NCBI GenBank assembly: GCA_902803745.1
Contig: CADCRB010000115.1
Span: forward strand, 1-55,234
DNA length: 55,234 nt
Direction: 5' to 3'
Source: an uncultured Lachnospiraceae bacterium
GTDB taxonomy: Bacteria; Bacillota; Clostridia; Lachnospirales; Lachnospiraceae
The stretch's first letter is position 1. Every line of letters begins with the position of its first letter. Positions 19,065 through 27,546 of the stretch are shown piece by piece. Below the pieces are notes generated by a model. That model did no database searches and was not told the origin of the DNA. It worked only from the letters and a program-made list of their open reading frames with translations. The position numbers and the translations under genes were made by a program.

Positions 19065-19181
19065 ATGCCCATCCTAAAAAATTTAAGTTAATAATTTGAA
19101 ATCAGGTCTGCACTGTTCGTGCATCACCCGCCACAGAAATGTGGCTTCAGAAAATCACGATATGATTTTTAAAGTGAGTAC

Positions 19182-19210
19182 ACTCTACACCCCAAGGATC
19201 GATTTGTCAA
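19182..19210 (-). promoter_or_regulatory. sigma-A promoter of the Tad operon
   Basis: TTGACA (19210-19205) - 17 nt - TAGAGT (19187-19182); implies a ~110-nt leader. Confidence 0.65.
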
Positions 19211-19237
19211 GAAGAAAAATCAAAAAGAAAACAATTC

Positions 19238-19269
19238 ATCTCCTGCCGGTGCAGATACCGGCAGGAGAT
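19238..19269 (-). terminator. rho-independent terminator after hsp20
   Basis: 13-bp perfect stem ATCTCCTGCCGGT/ACCGGCAGGAGAT followed by a T-rich run on the minus strand. Confidence 0.8.
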
Positions 19270-19343
19270 TACTAAAATGAAATATGTGATATTTCAATAA
19301 ATTGAAGCTGCGAAAACTAAAGTGTTTTTGAACCCCAATAGGA

Positions 19344-19796
19344 TCAGCCTTCGATAGCTATGAATTTCTGTTCTTCTACTTTAGGCTCCTCTACCTTCTT
19401 GGGAACCGAAAGTGTAAGGATACCATTCTCAAATTTTGCTTTGATATCTTCTTCCTTTACGGCTTCGCCAACGTAGAAGGTTCTGCTCACACTTCCCTGA
19501 TATCTTTCTCTGCGGATATAGTGATCATCCTTGTCTTTTTCATCATTGCTCTGTGATGTGCTGGCATTGATAGTCATGTATCCATCCTTAAGAGTTGCTT
19601 TGATGTCTTTCTTGTCGATGCCGGGCAGGCTCATCTGCAGTTCATAGGAATCCTTATTTTCCTTTACGTCCGTCCTCATCAGTTCTCCAGCATTGCCTTG
19701 AAAACTGTCAAGATGTCCAAAGGGCTTTGTGAAGAAATCGTCATCAAAAAGATCATTAAAAAGGTTTGTTCTTAGAATACTGGGTGTGTACAACAT
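19344..19796 (-). CDS. Hsp20/alpha-crystallin small heat shock protein
   Basis: TDVKE, LPG..K.DI, RRER..G...R.F, AKFENGILTL motifs; SD AAGGAGG; CIRCE upstream. Confidence 0.95.
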   Translation of the reverse strand: MLYTPSILRTNLFNDLFDDDFFTKPFGHLDSFQGNAGELMRTDVKENKDSYELQMSLPGIDKKDIKATLKDGYMTINASTSQSNDEKDKDDHYIRRERYQGSVSRTFYVGEAVKEEDIKAKFENGILTLSVPKKVEEPKVEEQKFIAIEG

Positions 19797-19967
19797 AATG
19801 CTACCTCCTTATTTGTAATACGCTTTCGCGCTCTGCCGCCGAAGCATCGGAGTATCCTTGTATACAAGCGGAAGGATCCTTCTTTGCAGCGTGGCTTTTC
19901 GTCTATAGTTGCTGGCCTTGAGAAACTTCATATGGCTGTCGTGTCCTCCGTTCCTTAGGCTGATTAT

Positions 19968-19996
19968 GTTATACCACTTTTATTAGCACTCGTCAA
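19968..19996 (-). promoter_or_regulatory. sigma-A promoter of hsp20
   Basis: TTGACG (19996-19991) - 17 nt - TATAAC (19973-19968) with TG extension; -35 lies inside the CIRCE. Confidence 0.8.
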
Positions 19997-20009
19997 GGGT
20001 GAGTGCTAA
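19983..20009. promoter_or_regulatory. CIRCE element (HrcA operator)
   Basis: Perfect TTAGCACTC-N9-GAGTGCTAA. Confidence 0.97.
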
Positions 20010-20065
20010 TAAAAATTGTGAAAAATCTGTGAACAGGAGATAGACTATCATCCTTTGCAAGCTAC

Positions 20066-20094
20066 TTGTGCTGATATTTTTCGTCGCGTATAAT
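20066..20094 (+). promoter_or_regulatory. sigma-A promoter of lysR-GH9
   Basis: TTGTGC - 17 nt - TATAAT. Confidence 0.6.
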
Positions 20095-20191
20095 AAATAT
20101 GATTTTAGGGTCATTCCTGTTTTGAAAGAAATAATTGAGGGAGATCCAGGATAAGACGGATCTGAGGCTTGCGGGGGGGATACTCAGAAAA

Positions 20192-21124
20192 ATGGAGCTC
20201 AGACACATCAGATATTTTATGGCTGTGGCGGATGAAATGAGCTTTACCCGGGCGGCGGAAAAGCTGTGCATAGCGCAACCACCCCTGTCCAGACAGATAA
20301 AGGATCTGGAGGAAGAGCTCGGAGCGAGGCTTTTTGAAAGAAGTCCTCATTCACTTCGTCTGACGGAGGAAGGACTGCTTTTCAAACAGTATGCAATGCA
20401 GATACTGGAACTTGAGAGCAAATCAAAGGATGAAATCTCCGAGATGAGCAGTAATCTTCATGGCCGGGTGTATTTTGCCACTGTCGAGGCATATGGTCCG
20501 CGCCTGCTGGCAGGATGGATATCGGGATTTCATGAGATCAATCCATATGTTCAGTATGATCTGTGGACAGGGACTACGGATGAGATCGTAAACAGGATAC
20601 ACAGAGGTCTTTGCGATCTTGCCGTTGTAATGGAGCCCTTCCTTGATCCCGATATTAATTCGTTTAAGGTTCACTCAGAATCTTGGGCGGCCATAATACC
20701 CAGGGACGATCCTCTTGCCTTAAAAAGAGGCAAATCCGTGAAACCGGAGGAACTTGAACATAAAAGACTTATCATTCCGTCAAGAGCATCAAGAAATGCG
20801 GAATTCAGGAAGTGGATGCCGGATCCAGAAAAACCCTTAAATGTGGTTTGCCGTGTAGCTCATCTGATAAATGTGCGTGAGCTTGCAAGAGCCGGTGTGG
20901 GTATCGCCATTTTTCCTATCGCCAGGGGAGTTATGGAAGAAGACGATAAGATAGTTATAAAAAGAATAGCACACCCTCTTGCTGTAGCATCATATCTTCT
21001 GGTATGGAGCAAAGAGCGTCCGTTATCAAGAGCGGCAGGAGAGATGCTTAAATATATATTGGATCAGAGATCTGTCGGCAGAAATGCCGGAAGGAACGGA
21101 GGAGTTGATGATATCTCTAAATGA
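20192..21124 (+). CDS. LysR-family transcriptional regulator
   Basis: MELRHIRYF...SFTRAAEKL.IAQPPLSRQIKDLEEELG HTH signature. Confidence 0.95.
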   Translation: MELRHIRYFMAVADEMSFTRAAEKLCIAQPPLSRQIKDLEEELGARLFERSPHSLRLTEEGLLFKQYAMQILELESKSKDEISEMSSNLHGRVYFATVEAYGPRLLAGWISGFHEINPYVQYDLWTGTTDEIVNRIHRGLCDLAVVMEPFLDPDINSFKVHSESWAAIIPRDDPLALKRGKSVKPEELEHKRLIIPSRASRNAEFRKWMPDPEKPLNVVCRVAHLINVRELARAGVGIAIFPIARGVMEEDDKIVIKRIAHPLAVASYLLVWSKERPLSRAAGEMLKYILDQRSVGRNAGRNGGVDDISK

Positions 21125-22817
21125 AACAGGATTTTTGCCGGAAGCTGACAAATTAGCAGTAAGTGACCACGACGGTACATTTCGTATCATAGATGATAAT
21201 GAAAAAAAGCAGGTTGATGTAAATATATCGGTTACAGAGGCAGGATTTGACGAGACCGCCGGGAGCGATATTTACCGGCTTGATTTTTCGGAAGTAAGAG
21301 ATCCTGGAATATATCATATTGAGTCTGCTGATGGAGACTGCTCGTCGACATTTAAGGTTGAGCCTCATGTATACAGGTCGCTGAAGAATGCGCTTCTTAA
21401 ATTTTTCTATTTTCAAAGATGCGGCTGTGCTCTGTATGAAAAACATGCAGGTCCTTTTAAACGAGGAGTATGTCATTCAAAGACGGTGAAGGTGCCTGGC
21501 ACCGATAAAGAGCTTCCAATCAAGAAGGGGTGGCATGACGCAGGAGATTATGGCCGATACTCAAGTGCCGGAGCTGTTGCTGTCGCACATATGCTTTATG
21601 CCTTTGAGTTGTTCCCAGAGGCTTTTAATGAGGCAGTAAATATTCCTGAATCCGGGAACGGGATCCCTGATGTATTGAATGAGTGCAGATATGAACTTGA
21701 TTTCTTAAGCGAGATGCAGGATGAGGACGGGGGCGTTCATCACAAGGTTACAAGCAGAGTTTTCTGCGGCTTCGTTATGCCCGAGGAAGATACATTTGAC
21801 CAGGAGTTATTTTCGGTTACCAGCATGTCTACAGCTGACTTTGCTGCAGTGATGTGTATAGCATCAAGGGTTTATGAACCATATGATCCGAGCTTTGCCA
21901 GAGATTGCCTTCATCAGGCTTATCTTGCTGGACAGTGGCTTATGGAGAATCCGGAGAATACTGATTTTAGAAATCCCGAAGGCTGTAATACAGGTGAATA
22001 TGAAGATGGATCAGATGTTGATGAGCGTATGTGGGCGTTCGCTGAACTTTTGCGTACAGATCATTATATAGGCCATGAGCACGATAGGAGCTTTGCCGGT
22101 GCTGATCAACAGGTTCAGTCCAGACAGGACAGATATCTGGCACATCTTATGACGGAGATGGATCTTTACATTAAGGATCATCCTCATTCAGATGGTAGGA
22201 GCACGGATGACGGGTTTGGTTGGCAGGATGTTTCAAGCCTTGGTGCTTTGGCAGTAGTGTTTGACCCGGACAATTATGCCGGAGAAGAGGTCCGGGGTAA
22301 AATGCTGTCCATGCTATGTAAAAGAGCGGATGCTTTTGTTGCCATGCAGGATGACGGATATCCGCTCTCTATGACTGACAAAGATTATGTTTGGGGCAGC
22401 AATATGGTCGTAGCAAACCGAGCAAATGTCCTTATCATTACAAGTCTGGCATTGAAAAAAGGGGAAGAGGTGCCTGAAAAGTGTCAGCGGTATGAAGAAG
22501 CGGCAATGAATCAGGTGCATTACATTCTCGGAATGAATGCAATAAGGACATCATATGTCACGGGATTCGGAGAACATCCATTTAAAAATCCCCATAACAG
22601 GGTAACGGCGTCAGATAATATAGACAGACCTTTCCCCGGAATGCTTTCCGGCGGGCCGTGTAAATTGCTGCTTGATGAAGAAATAAAGAAAAGTGCGGAT
22701 GAGACTACTCCTGCACAAAAATGTTACAAAGATCATTATATGAGTTACAGCACAAACGAGATAGCCATATATTGGAACTCTTCCCTGCTTTTTTCGGTTG
22801 CTTTCTTTGACAGATAA
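21108..22817 (+). CDS. glycoside hydrolase family 9 with N-terminal Ig-like module, no signal peptide
   Basis: GWHDAGDYG and NEIAIYWN catalytic motifs, YVWGSN, SYVTGFG; ATG 21108 after GGAGGAG. Confidence 0.92.
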   Translation: MISLNETGFLPEADKLAVSDHDGTFRIIDDNEKKQVDVNISVTEAGFDETAGSDIYRLDFSEVRDPGIYHIESADGDCSSTFKVEPHVYRSLKNALLKFFYFQRCGCALYEKHAGPFKRGVCHSKTVKVPGTDKELPIKKGWHDAGDYGRYSSAGAVAVAHMLYAFELFPEAFNEAVNIPESGNGIPDVLNECRYELDFLSEMQDEDGGVHHKVTSRVFCGFVMPEEDTFDQELFSVTSMSTADFAAVMCIASRVYEPYDPSFARDCLHQAYLAGQWLMENPENTDFRNPEGCNTGEYEDGSDVDERMWAFAELLRTDHYIGHEHDRSFAGADQQVQSRQDRYLAHLMTEMDLYIKDHPHSDGRSTDDGFGWQDVSSLGALAVVFDPDNYAGEEVRGKMLSMLCKRADAFVAMQDDGYPLSMTDKDYVWGSNMVVANRANVLIITSLALKKGEEVPEKCQRYEEAAMNQVHYILGMNAIRTSYVTGFGEHPFKNPHNRVTASDNIDRPFPGMLSGGPCKLLLDEEIKKSADETTPAQKCYKDHYMSYSTNEIAIYWNSSLLFSVAFFDR

Positions 22818-22842
22818 GACTTGTATGATGAATACTTTTATA

Positions 22843-22871
22843 TTGCTCTGAATACCCAAAAGCCTTATAAT
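22843..22871 (+). promoter_or_regulatory. sigma-A promoter ~220 nt upstream of the isomerase gene
   Basis: TTGCTC - 17 nt - TATAAT. Confidence 0.65.
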
Positions 22872-23096
22872 TGTATCTGTATTCCGGTTCCGGGAGGACG
22901 GCTTTTATATGTCGGGTCAGTTTCTGGAGCAATCATATAATAGAAGAATCCCACAGAAGACATGACCGCCGGATTACGTTCAAACACCTGATGCCATATC
23001 CGTTTTTCAAAAAAGGGCTATGGCATTGCTTATCCGCGTTAACGGCGGTTTTAACCGTCCGCGGGGTACAAAAATTTTTCTTAGGAGGAAGAACGT

Positions 23097-24584
23097 ATGG
23101 TAAGCAACATCCCAAAGGCAAAAGTAGGCATAGTAGCAGTTTCGAGAGACTGTTTTCCTGCAGAGCTTGCAACAAACAGAAGAAAGGCTCTGGTAGATGC
23201 CTATGCAAAGAAGTATGACAAGGACGATATTTATGAGTGTCCTGTCTGTATCATCGAGAGTGAGACCCAGATGGTAGAAGCTCTTGAGGACGTAAAGAAG
23301 AACGACTGTAATGCGATAGTGGTTTATCTTGGCAATTTCGGTCCGGAAATAGCTGAGACTCTCCTTGCGAAGCATTTTGACGGTCCTTCGATGTTTATAG
23401 CGGCAGCGGAGGAAAGTCAGGCAGATCTGCTTGACGGCAGAGGCGATGCATATTGCGGTATGTTAAATGCGAGCTATAACCTTGCACTTAGAAATACAAA
23501 AGCTTACATACCTGAATATCCCGTCGGTGATGCTGATGACTGCGCTGATATGATTCATGATTTTCTTCCCATCGTAAGGGCGGTTGTAGGGCTTAAGAAT
23601 CTGAAGATCATATCTTTCGGACCAAGACCTCAGAATTTCCTTGCATGCAATGCCCCGATCAAGCAGCTTTACAATCTTGACGTAGAGATTGAAGAGGAGT
23701 CAGAGCTGGATCTTTTCGAGTCCTATCAGAAGCATGCCGATGATAAGGAAGGTATTGAGGAAATAGCAAAAGATATGGCTAAAGAGCTGGGTCAGTCCGA
23801 GGTTAATGATACTTTGAGAAAGCTGGCTCAGTATGAATTAACTCTTAAGGATTGGGTCAAGGAGCATATGGGCTATAGAAAGTATGTTGCGCTTACGACC
23901 AAGTGCTGGCCGGCCTTTCAGGATATGTTCCGTTTTAACCCCTGCTATGTGAATTCAAGACTTGCCGGACAGGGAATACCTGTGTCGTGTGAAGTTGATA
24001 TCTATGGTGTGCTGTCAGAGTACATAGGGACCTGTATTTCCGGAGATGCTGTAACTCTGCTTGATATAAACAATTCTGTACCTAAGGATATGTACAAAGA
24101 GTCAATAGAGGGCAAGTTCCCCTATGAGCATACCGATACGTTCATGGGCTTCCATTGCGGAAATACCTGTTCATCAAAGCTCTGCAATCCACATCTTTCG
24201 TATCAGAGGATTATGGCTCGTACCCATCCGAAGGATTGGTGCGACGGAACAATGGAAGGCGACATCAAGCCCGGCGATATCACTTTCTTCAGGCTTCAGT
24301 CTACAGCTGATGGAAAGCTTCGTGCATATCTTGCTGAAGGTGAGGTTCTTCCTGTTGCTACAAAGTCATTTGGCTCCATCGGAGTATTTGCTATCAAGGA
24401 AATGGGACGCTTCTACCGCCATATCCTTATAGGTAAGAATTATCCTCACCACGGTGCGGTCATGTTCGGACATTTTGGCAAGCCTTTGTTTGAAGTTTAT
24501 AAGTATATTGGAGTGGATCTGTCTGAGATTGGATATAATCAGCCGGCTTCTCTCCCTTATCCTTCAGAGAATCCTTTTAAGTAA
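23097..24584 (+). CDS. L-fucose/L-arabinose isomerase family protein
   Basis: VSRDCFP, GDAYCG, KCWP, CEVDIYG, FHCG and YPHH motifs; SD AGGAGG; substrate not determinable. Confidence 0.85.
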   Translation: MVSNIPKAKVGIVAVSRDCFPAELATNRRKALVDAYAKKYDKDDIYECPVCIIESETQMVEALEDVKKNDCNAIVVYLGNFGPEIAETLLAKHFDGPSMFIAAAEESQADLLDGRGDAYCGMLNASYNLALRNTKAYIPEYPVGDADDCADMIHDFLPIVRAVVGLKNLKIISFGPRPQNFLACNAPIKQLYNLDVEIEEESELDLFESYQKHADDKEGIEEIAKDMAKELGQSEVNDTLRKLAQYELTLKDWVKEHMGYRKYVALTTKCWPAFQDMFRFNPCYVNSRLAGQGIPVSCEVDIYGVLSEYIGTCISGDAVTLLDINNSVPKDMYKESIEGKFPYEHTDTFMGFHCGNTCSSKLCNPHLSYQRIMARTHPKDWCDGTMEGDIKPGDITFFRLQSTADGKLRAYLAEGEVLPVATKSFGSIGVFAIKEMGRFYRHILIGKNYPHHGAVMFGHFGKPLFEVYKYIGVDLSEIGYNQPASLPYPSENPFK

Positions 24585-24615
24585 ACTTTCCTTGAGACAA
24601 AAGCAGTCAGTATTC

Positions 24616-24646
24616 GGAGCTGTGCTTAAACGCACAGCTCCTTTTT
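24616..24646 (+). terminator. rho-independent terminator
   Basis: GGAGCTGTGC-ttaaac-GCACAGCTCC-TTTTT. Confidence 0.9.
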
Positions 24647-24662
24647 ATGGTACAATCAGTTT

Positions 24663-26513
24663 ATGTCCAAAGAGTTTGACATAGAAAGCGAATTACAAAA
24701 GCTCCCGAAGTCACCCGGGGTTTATCTGATGCATGACGCGGACGATGTGATCATTTACATCGGGAAGGCTGTGAATCTGTTTAATCGTGTGCATTCATAT
24801 TTTCGGAAGACAAACAAATCGGAAAAGATCAAACGGATGGTGTCACAGATCGTCTGGTTTGAGTACATTCTGACCGATACTGAACTTGAAGCACTGGTAC
24901 TCGAAAACAATCTGATAAAAGAGCATCGTCCAAAGTACAATACAATGCTTAAGGATGATAAAACCTATCCTTACATAAAAGTAACAGTAAACGATCCATA
25001 TCCAAGGATAGTATTTTCGCGAACGATGAAAAGGGACAAGGCCAGATATTACGGACCGTATACTTCCAGCTACGGAGTGAGAGAGACTATAGAGCTTATA
25101 AATAAGATATATATGCTTAGATCCTGCAGCCGGGTTCTTCCAAGAGACAGGGGCAAAGACAGACCTTGTCTGAATTATCACATGAAACAATGCTCGGCTC
25201 CGTGCCGCGCTGATTTTAGCACAGAGGATGAAACGGAATATGCAGAAAATGTGAGGGGGGCACTTGATTTTCTGAATGGAAGGTATGAACCGGTGCTGAA
25301 AAACCTTCAGGAAAAGATGAATAATGCATCAGACAGGATGGATTATGAGAATGCCGCTGTATACAGAGACCTTATAGAGTCAGTCAGATCGGTGTCGGAA
25401 AAACAGAAGATAACAGCGCATGACGGAGAAGACAGGGATGTGATCGCATTAAAACGTGACAGAGAAGACGCGGTAGTTGTTGTTTTCTTCGTAAGGGAGG
25501 GAAGGCTAATAGGCAGAGATCATTATATGCTAAGCCACGTATCGGCTGATGCTGCAGATGAGGAGATATTGAATGATTTTATCGGTCAGTTCTACACAGG
25601 AACTCCTTTCGTACCGAGAGAGATAATGCTGGAGATGGAGGTAGCTGACAGGGATGTTATGGAGAGATTTCTCACCGAAAAGAGGGGAGGGCGCGTATCT
25701 ATAATTGTGCCAAAGATAGGGCAGAAAGAGCGTCTGGTGGAATTAGCAAGCCGCAATGCAAATACTATCCTTGAGAATTCCAAGGATCGGATCAAACGAG
25801 AGGAAGGCAGGACTATTGGAGCTGCAAAAGAGATTGCCGGGTGGCTTGGGTTGTCAGATGTTGAACGTATGGAATCTTACGATATATCCCATATTTCCGG
25901 ATTTGACTCAGTAGGGAGTATGGTGGTATTCGAGAGAGGAAAAGCGAAAAAGTCTGATTACCGGAAGTTTCGTCTTTCGCCGGGAATAGGGAATAATGAT
26001 TATGAATCAATGAAGGAAGTGCTGACAAGACGATTTACGCATGAAGCAAAATCAGAGTATGACAGCTTTAGCAGATACCCGGATTTGATACTTATGGATG
26101 GCGGCAGAGGACAGGTAAATATCTGTCTAGAGGTGCTGAATGATCTGGGATTAAGGATACCCGTAGCGGGAATGGTGAAGGATGAAAGACATCGCACGCG
26201 TGGCATATATTTTGAGGAGCAGGAGATACCGATAGATATACACTCTGAGGGATTTAAGCTTGCAACACGAATACAGGATGAGGTACACAGGTTTGCCATA
26301 GAATATCACAGATCACTTAGATCCATTAATCAGGTTCATTCTGTATTGGACGATATACCTGGTATCGGTCCCGCCAGACGCAAGGCTTTGATGAAGCGTT
26401 TTGGCAGCATAGAGAAAATAATGAGCGCGGATGTTGAGGAGCTGTCAGAAACAGAGGGTATGAACACCAGGGCGGCGATGGCAGTGGCAGAATATTTCAA
26501 AAAAAAGACTTAA
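24663..26513 (+). CDS. uvrC: excinuclease ABC subunit C
   Basis: GIY-YIG (PGVYLM..IYIGKA), UVR domain, DISH, DGGRGQ, C-terminal HhH IPGIGP. Confidence 0.97.
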   Translation: MSKEFDIESELQKLPKSPGVYLMHDADDVIIYIGKAVNLFNRVHSYFRKTNKSEKIKRMVSQIVWFEYILTDTELEALVLENNLIKEHRPKYNTMLKDDKTYPYIKVTVNDPYPRIVFSRTMKRDKARYYGPYTSSYGVRETIELINKIYMLRSCSRVLPRDRGKDRPCLNYHMKQCSAPCRADFSTEDETEYAENVRGALDFLNGRYEPVLKNLQEKMNNASDRMDYENAAVYRDLIESVRSVSEKQKITAHDGEDRDVIALKRDREDAVVVVFFVREGRLIGRDHYMLSHVSADAADEEILNDFIGQFYTGTPFVPREIMLEMEVADRDVMERFLTEKRGGRVSIIVPKIGQKERLVELASRNANTILENSKDRIKREEGRTIGAAKEIAGWLGLSDVERMESYDISHISGFDSVGSMVVFERGKAKKSDYRKFRLSPGIGNNDYESMKEVLTRRFTHEAKSEYDSFSRYPDLILMDGGRGQVNICLEVLNDLGLRIPVAGMVKDERHRTRGIYFEEQEIPIDIHSEGFKLATRIQDEVHRFAIEYHRSLRSINQVHSVLDDIPGIGPARRKALMKRFGSIEKIMSADVEELSETEGMNTRAAMAVAEYFKKKT

Positions 26514-26617
26514 GTGGAAGATTTGCACCTGCACGTGTTTATGGTATCATGAATCATTGATTTAGTGGGATATCGAGGATATTTATCTATTATTAACTGA
26601 AAGACAGGAGGATCATC

Positions 26618-27544
26618 ATGGCAAGTGTTCCGTTGGAGGAGGTCGTCGAGAAGATGGCGCTCACAAATATAACACCCGAGGTAGATATCTCTGAAATAAA
26701 GATTGAGAAGCCGGATATTAACCGCCCGGCTCTTCAGTTTGCTGATTATTTTGAAATGTTTGATGCCTCCAGACTTGAGATCATCGGTGCAGGAGAATTT
26801 TCGTTCATAGAGCAGAAATCCGAGGAGGAAAGGCGTCAGATATATGAAAGATTTCTTAACAATCCTATACCGTGTGTAGTATTTTGCAGGAATCTGGAGC
26901 CGGATGAACAGTTTAGGGAGACCGCGGTAAAATATGGCGTTCCTCTTATGAAATCGGCGATGCCTACATCTGCATTTATGGCAGAGATCATAAGGTGGCT
27001 CAATGTCAAACTGGCACCGTGCATATCCATACACGGAGTTTTGGTAGATGTATATGGTGAGGGAGTACTGATCACGGGTGAGAGTGGTATTGGAAAAAGC
27101 GAGGCGGCACTTGAGCTCGTAAAACGTGGGCACAGACTGATCACCGATGATGTAGTTGAGATAAGAAAGGTTTCGGATGAAACACTTGTCGGATCAGCGC
27201 CGGATATAACAAAGCATTTTATTGAACTCCGTGGCATTGGGATAGTGGATGTTTATGCACTTTATGGTGCATCAGCCATAGAGGAAACGCAGAATATCGA
27301 TCTGGTCATAAGATTGGAAGACTGGGATAAAGATAAAGATTATGACAGACTTGGCCTTGAGGAAGAGCATACCGAGTATTTGGGAAATCAGGTTGTCTGT
27401 CATGTGATCCCTATAAGGCCCGGAAGAAATCTGGCAGTCATATGTGAGACAGCGGCAATAAATCACAGATTGAAGAAGATGGGATATAATGCAGCGAAAG
27501 AGCTTTATAAGAGAGTGCAGGACAATCTGCAAAGGAGGAGCTGA
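26618..27544 (+). CDS. hprK: HPr(Ser) kinase/phosphorylase
   Basis: HGVLVDVYG, GESGIGKSE Walker A, LITDD, IELRGIGI, PGRN. Confidence 0.97.
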   Translation: MASVPLEEVVEKMALTNITPEVDISEIKIEKPDINRPALQFADYFEMFDASRLEIIGAGEFSFIEQKSEEERRQIYERFLNNPIPCVVFCRNLEPDEQFRETAVKYGVPLMKSAMPTSAFMAEIIRWLNVKLAPCISIHGVLVDVYGEGVLITGESGIGKSEAALELVKRGHRLITDDVVEIRKVSDETLVGSAPDITKHFIELRGIGIVDVYALYGASAIEETQNIDLVIRLEDWDKDKDYDRLGLEEEHTEYLGNQVVCHVIPIRPGRNLAVICETAAINHRLKKMGYNAAKELYKRVQDNLQRRS

Positions 27545-27546
27545 AA

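Noticed and set aside
19095-19150. Canonical c-di-GMP-II riboswitch or hammerhead ribozyme
   Set aside because: Only fragments match; the pseudoknot order and the CUGANGA/GAAA core are absent. Kept only as an unclassified structure
20016-20033. Rex operator
   Set aside because: Only TTGTGAA half-sites; no TTGTGAA-N4-TTCACAA palindrome here or upstream of ech
22960-23070. ZMP/ZTP (pfl) riboswitch suggested by CCGUCCGC
   Set aside because: Lacks the GACUGGCG 5' element and CCUGGGC end, and the downstream gene is not a purine or one-carbon gene
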